Assembly (NCBI GenBank): GCA_964187785.1
Contig: OZ076409.1
Span: 39,186,001 to 39,250,000 of the forward strand
Source of the DNA: Amphiscolops sp. MND2022
Lineage: Eukaryota
DNA: 64,000 bases
Direction: 5' to 3'
Part shown: piece by piece, positions 55,501-64,000 of the stretch
Position numbering within the stretch: the stretch's first letter is position 1
Layout of the letters: every line of letters starts with the position of its first letter
The notes under the pieces: model-generated
Told to the model about the DNA's origin: nothing
What the model saw: the letters and a program-made list of their open reading frames with translations, nothing else
The model's database searches: none
Translations under genes and position numbers: made by a program

Positions 55501-58500
55501 AAGAATGGCTAAAATAGACAACTATCAAAAACTACGTTTAAATACAGATATGTTGACACGCCGATCTGCTAATTTAGTCATTTCTATGTTAGTCTCAAAA
55601 TACCCCTGGTCTCATCTTTGAGTTTTTTTTGAATCGCTGAAGTTCGTAAAACAGTTGTAATTGTTCAGCTCGAAACACTTTGACCGTTTAAATACGCTTT
55701 AGATAAAGTATATTACAATGAGAAAGCACTTATGAAACATTAGTACATACATCATTTGAAGATTTCAGTAGTATACAGTAGTTTTTACTGTCCAATATTT
55801 CTATTTATGCAGTCCTCGAAAAATTGCCAATTCCAATAGAATAACTTCAGCAAGATGATAAATTCTTGCCATGGCGATACGATACGTTGACGTCTTCGAT
55901 TGAATGAATCCCTATTTAAAAATGGCAGTTCCTTTCACTCAAACATAATTCGCAAGCAATCAATGCTGTCTTACCACTTTTCTTCTTTCGTTCAAATAAA
56001 AATCAATCTTCTCAGCTGACAATGTTGCTTCATTTTTGACATCTTTTTCATTCGAACTGTTCGACATGTAGTTAAGAGCCCTTGCCAGAGAATCCACATC
56101 CAGGCCTCTGGATTTGTTGCTGGTTTTCCATCTCCACATTGGCAGGATAAAAAGCATCCCTAATTTCCAAATAAAACGAGAGGTACTTGAATTAGGTTTA
56201 AACAGTTTATAAGTAACACATTCCGATGACAAAACGCCAATTCTAACATTGCTAGACGTGTATTCAATAATTTTCCGCTCAAGTTAACGTGTTTGAAAAA
56301 CCCCAACTATATTAGTATACTTGAAATAAAAATGTCCCCAACCGGATCCAAACTCATGAGGCTTCTATACGAATCCATGCTTGGAACCATATGAGTGTGA
56401 TTTTATGCGAACCCATATAGAAATCCTACTGTTACGACTTACGTTCGTGTCAGGGTCGTTATTTTGAGTAGAGTTGATTCGTACTATGTTCGCCGGAGTA
56501 TGGATGCTCCTTGTTTCATTTTCCGTTTCGTCCACTGTGCTATTGCTTACATTTTCTCCTATTTCAGGTCTTAGAAGCTTCAACATTTCTCTTTGGGATT
56601 CTAGAAGAAGATTTTTAATCTCAGACGTAATCTCCTCTTTTAAAGAAGCTCTCAAACTCTCCAAGGACCTATTTTCTAGCCTAGGAGATTTTGGTCTTGA
56701 TGGACCTGCCACGTCGATATCCTGGTTTGAAGAACGAGAGTTCTCTATATTTATTGGTGAAATGAAACCTTCACTTACGTTGTCTTCAGCCTCTCGCTGA
56801 GTGTTCTTTCTCTTTTGGCTTCTTGTTGTTGACATATTGATGGAGAAAGTGTACTTTCTCTTTTGGCTTCTTGTTGTTGACATATTGACGGAGAAAGTTT
56901 GTTTCTCAAAGAATTCAATTTTATCTTTTCTGGTTTTGGCAGAGTTAAGATTGAGATGATGTTTATATAAAACAAGTTGAAACAACTGAATTATAGCGCT
57001 TGAAAAGGACTGAGTCCCTTGAACAAAGTTACACATCATATATATACCCTCCTAGCATCATTTGATCACGTACATATTCCCGAAATCCTTCGAACAATTA
57101 GTCATTTCCTGTTTTTTCGGTAAAAAAGTCATCAAGATCCCAAATTTGCGTCAACAGTTCGTCAAAAATTTTGAGACACGGCAATAGTTTTCCCTATTAG
57201 TCATATATCACGAGCATATTATTTCATCCCGGCGTCCTTTTGCTTCCTCCGAAGCAGGAAGTAGATATTACTTCAGTCTGTCAAACCGGAAAGGATTCCC
57301 TGTTTTACTGCTTTGGTTCGCGGGAAATTGACGCTGAGATGACGCTGACGTGAACAACTAATACTTGATTTTGAAATTCAGCTTGATCAAACGCGATGAC
57401 TAATTTCCAAATTACGATTATTTGGGCGATGCTAGGAAGATATTTTGAAGAGATTAATGAGCGAAATACTAGATTGAAACAAATTTAACGTTTATGATTA
57501 TCAACAAAACATATTAGTACACACATGATAACTTTGGATTGACGCAACAATTGCGACAAGTTGACTATCTTAATAAACTGTGACGTGTACATTACCACTT
57601 ATTTAACAGCAACAGTAATACATCAAATTTAATAAACAGCAACGATGAACCGGCACAAGAATATGATCACAAATACGATTATGAAACATTGTCTGGAAAT
57701 GCCAAGTACATAAATGTAAATATGCAAAAATACATTTTCAGTATAAAATACGCTTCAGTTATGAATATAAACTGTGACTTTCCGTCTCTGCAGTTATAAA
57801 ATCCCATTCGAAATGGCTTTTGCGGAGGTTTCCACTTATTGTTAAAATTGCAAGACAACTAGCTGACGCGAATTTGGGTTACTCTGCATATATTAACTAC
57901 ATTTTAGATTTGTTCTGTGAGTCGTAAAAAATACTGGTAATGTATTCGTTTTACAATCTATGATAACCCGTAATTATCTTTTCTTATGAGATAGCAGCCT
58001 AAATGCGATGAAACTCTTGACTAATCTGGCGAATTCGTTCATTTTGCCTGTTTTCACAAAATTGTCAACGTCATGTTGACGAGTTTTCTTGGCAGAATTA
58101 AATTTCATAAACTTGTCAACGTCATGTTGACGAGATTTCTTGGCAGAAATGAGATTTTGACTAGTTTGACGTAATGCTGACGAGTGTTTTAGGAATGAAT
58201 TCCTAGCTAGCTGCCAGCGTAGTGACGTCACACTGGCGGTAAATTGAAATGATTTCTAGCAATGCTATTAAAATAGGCGGATGATTGGAATGAATTTCTT
58301 GTACGCATGGGCGAGGCAGTGACGTCAATTGGTATACCTTCAAACTTTTCTGCGTTTTACTGACGACAAATATACATGTATTCTTATTTCTTCTGCCGCA
58401 TTGTTTGCTCAGCGCAATATTGACGTCATAAACCACACTAATTGCTGTTCAAAGAGTAATTAAGCTGCTTTTCTTGGAAAAGGCTTAGTTTCTCTGACGT

Positions 58501-59606
58501 GCCATCTCAGTATATTTTCTATTTTAGATCTGATTGATGTTCCTTTCGGAGATGATTTTGGATATGTTTTCATTTAGATTAGTTTATGTTCTGTTTGTTA
58601 TAAAACGTGTCTTAATCTAGTTTTCAGGTGGTGAATGTTACTATTTTGACGTGGCAAAAACGTCTTGCTGGAAATGAGTGAAAACATTTCGGATCATTTT
58701 ATTTCTTATTTTCATTTCTTATTCAGGATTTGCGCAAGGCAGACGGACATTTTGTATTTCCAGTCACAGTTTATTTAATCTTATGAGAGTTTAGAATCCA
58801 AAATACCTTTTCGTGAGTTTTGCGGTGCAATCATGGCCTCTTCCGTGGCCGACTCGTCTTCAACCGCAATCCAGTCCGGGAGCGGACTGTGACACCTACC
58901 ACGCATGCTTTCCATACGATTACATGTATGGAACCATATGGTTCCATGTATAGTATTGTTTGGAATCATGTAATTCCATGTTTGGAATCGTATGGAGCTA
59001 AATAGTATAAATTCTAAAAAGATTACTTCTCAAATTTTTATTATGTACCGTGTCTTGTTTAAAGATCGCCTCTTGAAAAGGATCTACTTCCTACGCAAAA
59101 CCTGCGTTTGAGATCCATAAATGTTGTAGAAAATTCTGCTTTCCTTTCCATATAGTGATTTGCTGATTGCAAAACGAAATAAGATCTAAAGAATGGGATC
59201 TAAATGAATGTTATCTAAAACTTGACATGCTTAACATGGGCAAAACAGGAATTTTAGATCTAAAATTGAATATGACCTACTGGAAAAAGATCATTAATTT
59301 TTGATCTACAAATGCAAATACATGTGAGCTTTCGAAATATTATAATTCCATCAATCTTTTCGAGGAAGCTTGAAGAACTTTCAAGACTATAATTGACAAC
59401 ATTTTCATTCAAGCTACTTTTCTAACCGCAGATAAACAGTACTACTGGTGCCGATGCATACTGAACAGTAGTTGTCACGGTAGTATTGCGGCTGGTAACG
59501 GGGTCCACCGATACCTCGTAGAGCTGGGATAACCAACAGTATCTATGGGAGTAATCCACCCATTGTTTGCTGAATTGAGCAGGAGTCCAACACGTTATCG
59601 GTTGTC
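28454..59606 (-). CDS. inx: Innexin (gene A), divergent; exons 59427-59606, 55975-56159, 55256-55508, 54500-54844, 28454-28503; N-terminal/TM1 exon not confidently located
   Basis: All junctions are GT-AG with matching phases (1,0,1,1), giving ~337 uninterrupted residues. Motifs: QPITCWTPAQFSKQWVDYSHRYCW, LFILPMWRWK, FQRNVLCD, TFQCDVTVLDIYEKFFLFSWVW, FVSNYLKCDGRFLV, LVVTEVVRDVGKHLLNREASLN*. All four extracellular Cys are present. Confidence 0.9.
28525..54513. repeat. ~26 kb intronic tandem array of 139-bp and 80-bp monomers derived from the innexin A exon/intron junction, with higher-order repeats
   Basis: Core recurs at 28572, 28711, 28850 (period 139) and at 34601, 34681 (period 80). The 80-mer is the 139-mer minus 59 bp. 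The core catacataccgacttccgttacc is identical to the gene junction at 54491-54513. Roughly 220-250 monomers (estimate, not counted). Confidence 0.98.
54500..54844 (-). CDS. inx: Innexin A exon: TM4 and C-terminal helices
   Basis: tttcag|GAAACA...GAAGTCG|gtatgt; 345 nt, phase 1-1. Confidence 0.9.
55256..55508 (-). CDS. inx: Innexin A exon: TM3 and extracellular loop 2
   Basis: ttttag|CCATTC...AGTTG|gtacgt; 253 nt, phase 0-1. Confidence 0.88.
55975..56159 (-). CDS. inx: Innexin A exon: TM2 end and cytoplasmic loop
   Basis: attag|GGATGC...AAAGTG|gtaaga; 185 nt, phase 1-0. Confidence 0.85.
56430..57356 (-). mobile_element. Probable solo LTR containing the start of a gag-like ORF (MSTTRSQKR...)
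   Basis: Termini TGTTACG...CGTGAACA; ORF with a MxTRS start and coiled-coil segment runs to the LTR edge; 48-bp tandem duplication of the start region. TSD imperfect (cctac vs actaa). Confidence 0.55.
58062..58150. repeat. Two ~37-bp direct repeats (period 51), each with a GTCAAC-N5-GTTGAC hairpin
   Basis: ttgtcaacgtcatgttgacgag..ttcttggcagaa at 58062 and 58113. Confidence 0.75.
58909..58997. mobile_element. Palindromic MITE-like element (atggaaccatatggttccat family)
   Basis: Inverted ends tccatacgatt...aatcgtatgga. Related copies at ~59783-59860 and ~56366-56395. Confidence 0.6.
59427..59606 (-). CDS. inx: Innexin A exon: extracellular loop 1 and start of TM2
   Basis: ttccag|GACAACCG...TGCG|gttaga; 180 nt, phase 1-1. 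Absent from the ORF track. Confidence 0.9.
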
Positions 59607-60771
59607 CTGGAAGCAGTCAAAAGTTATTGAATTTCGACCAAAATGTGGTTTGGAATATCTTACTTACGAGTACTGTAAGATTCTCATAATGAAAAAAATG
59701 TACCATGCGATAGTCTTCTCTCGAAAAACCTATATTGCAAAATTACCAATAATTGAATGACGGGATCCAAAGCTACACTTGATTCCATGCAATTCCATGC
59801 ATGGAACCATATGGTTCCATACAATGGTTTTATGCCCTTTCCATGCATGGAATCGTATGAATGAAACCTTGACATCATTTAAGCAAAATAAGCTAATTAT
59901 GAGTACATATAAATTGACTATTTAAAATGGTAATCATATACAGAAACGCTTGCATTCGACAGTTTCCTTGTCAAAATAGCAGGGTGTAAGTGGCACGAGG
60001 AGCAACATTGAACCACAACTAATGTTGGTAAAAAAAATCAGTTGTGCTGGATTGTTGAAAAATGAAAGAAAACCCATCTGAAACTGAGACTTTCATCCTG
60101 AGATTTCAACCTGAAACAAAACAACAAAATGTTCCGAAATGCTGGTCGTTTTTGGATAAAACTAATTGCTTCACACAGAGTTATCGATAACACCTTGAGC
60201 ATAGTTGACATGCCACCACTCACAACAGTGTAAGAGTTTTCTCCCGGGTTTCCTTCCCATACAAAAACAGGTTGATCATACTCTGGACCATAAAGTTTCA
60301 TGATCCAGAGTATGGTCAGCCTGGAAACATAAATATAAAATTAGGATATCGTAGTCAATTAACGCATATACTGATGAAATTACTGATATTCCTCAACAAA
60401 GTGCCAATACAATCACTAAACTGAAAACAATTCGCAATCATCAATTTTTGGCAGCTTTCGCTGAAAGAATCAGAAATCACACTGAAAAATGGGTACTGCT
60501 GTAACAAAAGAGTTAGTTATCAACTAGGGCGTGGCTGAGAACAAATTGAGTGAATATAGTTTGTTTTTAACTCCGCTAGCAGTTTAACGGAGTTCTGCCC
60601 TGTAATGTATCGTTCGCAGATACAAATGGTCGAATATGGCAATCTTGTCTTCAACGGTTCTCAATGTTTGGAAAGTTTTGTTTAAATTGCAATTCACATC
60701 AACCCAATTCACAATCAATTGGAACAAACATTTATGATTTCAGTTTGATCATAATCTGGTTCATTTATGCC

Positions 60772-60942
60772 TCCAGACTGGACCATTTATGGTTTCAGAC
60801 CATTTATGGACCATAGAAGTTTATGGTTCCAGGTTGACCATACTCTGAATCATGTATGATGGTATGATCATCTATGGTAAGATCATAGAAAAAATGTATG
60901 ATTGGTATGGTACCATATATGATCAGAGTATGATCAACCTGG
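60772..60942. mobile_element. Fold-back MITE-like element (ccaggttga.catactctg family)
   Basis: ccaggttgaccatactctgaatcat ... atgatcagagtatgatcaacctgg; a short copy lies at ~60268-60324. Confidence 0.6.
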
Positions 60943-63342
60943 TCGGGAAACACGGGTTCTTGGGACCGTTATTGTAATTGGAAGGTGACTCTGCAGCTTG
61001 CAGCGTACCTGCTGCTTACATTGCTTTTCGGCAAAAACTCCAGCTACAAAAACGTGGGACGGTTTCGGTACATACATTCCCCATTTCCAACAAAGATTGA
61101 AAGTTTTTTCTCAGACGACACCAAATTGCTGCAATAACTGAAAACTACTTGCAACTGAATGGAGATAGGATTGCCGATCGATGAATTTTGAAAGACTCTT
61201 GCGAATCGAAGGCAGTTCTTGCAAAAATCTTGTAAAATCGAGCCATGTATTTCAAGGTTACTGCACGGTGGCAGGCACAAATATCTCATTGTCTTGCAAA
61301 ACTTTTGAATGCAATGTAATTCCATGTATTCAGGGTTGGGATGTTTGTTGGGAAATCAAAAAACACACTGATTATTAGTCAGTGCTTTTCTTAAGAAAAG
61401 AGTTGACTATAGTCATGGCTTTTTGTCAGTGTTTTTTTCGATACACCTGAAGTGACCAAAATAGTTCTATCAAAAGTTTTACAAAATTTTAAATTGTACC
61501 TGTTGGCCCAGGGAACTGAACAAAAAAGGTTTTCGCTTTTTTTCTCGTAACATTCAATACTGGGCGAGGCTAAAGGGTCCCCCTTTCAGGTTTTTTGGCA
61601 TTGTGGGACTTTTTAAAAAAATTCGGGTGCTGAAGAAGAGAATACTTTGACACTTTGAAGTCCTTTTGCTATTTTTAGCCTGACCCAGGTTGACCTCCAC
61701 GGATGTCTTAGTAAGATCTTGGCAAGAGAGCCATGTTCCCAAGAAAAATTTTATTGTAAAATCCTATTTGGCGAGAAAAAATCGGAAAGGAAGTCAACAA
61801 AAATCAACTTCTATGCAGAGTTACATTGTTAGACATGACAATTTTCTGTGGGCAAGGTATAAAATTTGATTGAAGAGTCTTGATAATCTTTATTGCACTG
61901 TTTAATTGTTCTGTCAATTGCAAAAATGTCGCCAACAACGGCATCAGAGGCCTCCAGCTGAATCATAACCCAAACTTATTCAATGTCCGCCGTTTCTATC
62001 AGTAATAGGGCTTTCTATCAGTAATAGAGTCTCAAAGAAAGCTGATATCTCGAGATATGGCACCGACTTGGGCCGGTCCTGGCTTGTTTGTAGTTGATTT
62101 CGAAATTGACCCGTATCAACTAAAGCAACTAAAGCTGACTTTTACTATTGTTTTGTATTCGAAACTAGCACGATTAATACCGGAAAAAAATATCATTTTG
62201 GACAATTGGTGTAGCTATTGATTACGTTATCGTAAATATTTAATACTGATTTCATGAGGCTGACTCGATGCCATACGGAAGAGCATTTGATTTCATGTAT
62301 TGAATTGCCCGGAAGCCCTATTTATTCGGATGCGAATAGCTATATAGACCCTTTAAAACAACTCTCATAACTCTATGAAGTGTGTAACACTGCAAACTTT
62401 TTTACATTGTACAGCGGTATTAAAAGTGAAAACTTGGTCAACATTACATGAATTATTATTTTTTATTTTTTCCATGAGGAGCAAAATGCTCGGCAAAACA
62501 TTACCTCTTTCCTCGAGCAGCAAACCATTGGAAAACAGGCTGACAATTATCACAACGTAGTCAAAATTACGAGACACATCCCGATAAAGTGGATTTCGGT
62601 CACGCAGCGTAATCTGTTAATTCAGTAAAAAGGTCAATCAGCGTAAGTTAGTCAAGACGGTCTATGCCTGGACAGTGTAGCTAGGTCAACGCGCGTAATG
62701 AAAAATAGTGTAAAATATTCAAGGCGCGGAGTTAGTGAAAAGTGGAAGTTAGTCCAAAAATACACTTTTCCGTAATTCAGTCAAACTTTGACTAACTTCC
62801 ACTTAATGCAAAAATAGCGATTTGCAATTCACAAAAAAGTGGAATGTGGTCAAGTTTGACTAACTTACACCATGTCTATATGCATTCAATATTCAGTGTT
62901 CATTTTAAATCCTATTCATACCACTACATCGTAAAACAGTCAAATTAAACAATGATTCATTAAATAAATAGTTATTATTACCAAGCAGTACAGTACATAG
63001 TACGTATAAACCGCATTGCGCGTGTATTTTATCCATACATTTTACGTGCAAATAATCATATAAATATACATAGGATATACCTTGGAGCTACTAACTAGTA
63101 TCACTACCTTGTAGTACCAATTTTATCAAAGCAGCCCTCATCAATAGTTGCATTAACACTATCTTCAATTTTGGTCCCTGTCGTGAGCAAAGCTTGTGTC
63201 AGCGGAATGATTGATCAACGAGATGATGAACTGGGTTAATCTGGTCAAGGAATTTTGTGAAAGTACTATTGTAATGACTTATCAATGCGTGTAATGTACA
63301 CCTTATCACAAGTGTAAATCTTCCAAAAAAAAATATGCGCTC

Positions 63343-64000
63343 TGTGACAGAACGGGCGGACGTCTCTGGGTTAGGCACGTCACGATTGTTCTCTTCCCTA
63401 CTATTTGATAATCTGTCAGTAAGGGCTTTCACAATATTAGTAAGTTCTCCAATTTGGCGATTCATTTCCAAGAAACGTTGTTCAAATCTATGATTTTCGT
63501 GGTCCCTCTCTATCTCTCTCATGTCATTTTCGAATTCATTTCCCAAGACATTTTCACCGAAATGGTCAGCAACACTCATGTTGTCTTCGTTATCGGAATA
63601 ACTACTAGTTCCAGATTGCTCGATTCTACTTTCTCTGTTAAATCTCGATCGAGTATTTACCATGATTGAAAAGTTATATTTTTAAGCAGTTTGAATTATG
63701 AAATGTAAGTTTAAGAATCAGAACATTGTATAATGCTTGTTAAGGTAACGACTGGATTCTACCGTGGTAAAGTTCTAATTGTTGGATTTTTGAATTGTAC
63801 TAGCACCTTCAAACTCGTAATTACTCGTTAATCGCACTTGATTATTTGAGTCTCTTCTCAACTGGTCATTTGGTTAACCTGCTGTTAGCACCTCATGGTA
63901 CATTTCGTACGACTGGTCACTTCAGTCGTTGTTAATTACCACTTCGGTACTTCCACTCTATTATCACAGCAGTATGCATCATTTGCCTTGTAACTTCACA
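63343..64000 (-). mobile_element. LTR (solo or 3' LTR) containing the start of a gag-like ORF (MVNTRSRFNR...)
   Basis: ORF 63199-63663 has a MxxTRS start and coiled coil up to the TGTGAC boundary at 63343, then unrelated flank. The window ends in ...TTCACA, possibly the other terminus. Confidence 0.55.

Noticed and set aside
56321..56365. PHEFGSGWGHFY, resembling innexin loop 1
   Set aside because: No flanking Cys, weak splice sites, and the true loop-1 exon is 59427-59606.
60038..60301. 87-aa ORF as an innexin exon
   Set aside because: Begins inside a fold-back MITE and has no innexin motif. A nearby LTPCYF match to gene B's LTPCIF is followed by a polar stretch and a stop.
62365..62577. 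Mucolipin-like FDYVVIIVS segment
   Set aside because: Single short hydrophobic match with no other TRPML exons nearby.

Overview
AT-rich animal genomic DNA with spliceosomal introns and many transposons; no prokaryotic features. From left to right: (1) 1-13154, a decayed Ty3/Gypsy LTR retrotransposon on the minus strand (5' LTR, PBS, gag, PR-RT-RNaseH-IN). It ends in two TARG1/OARD1-like macrodomains and sits 32 bp inside intron 1 of an innexin gene whose first coding exon is 13187-13316. (2) A possible class C GPCR relic and several MITE-like repeats. (3) 17086-25164, a complete non-autonomous LTR element with ATTTT target-site duplication, PBS, PPT and gag-like ORF but no RT or IN. It carries a head-to-head pair of ~100-aa ORFs of unknown function. 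(4) A second, divergent innexin gene (minus strand) with five phase-consistent exons between 28454 and 59606. Its last intron has grown from a reconstructable ~69 nt to 25,996 nt through tandem amplification of its own exon/intron junction, in 139-bp and 80-bp units with higher-order repeats. Each unit carries a copy of the 5' splice site preceded by AG acceptor-like sites. (5) LTR fragments and MITEs in the upstream introns and flank. All family assignments come from motif recognition by eye; no database searches were run.
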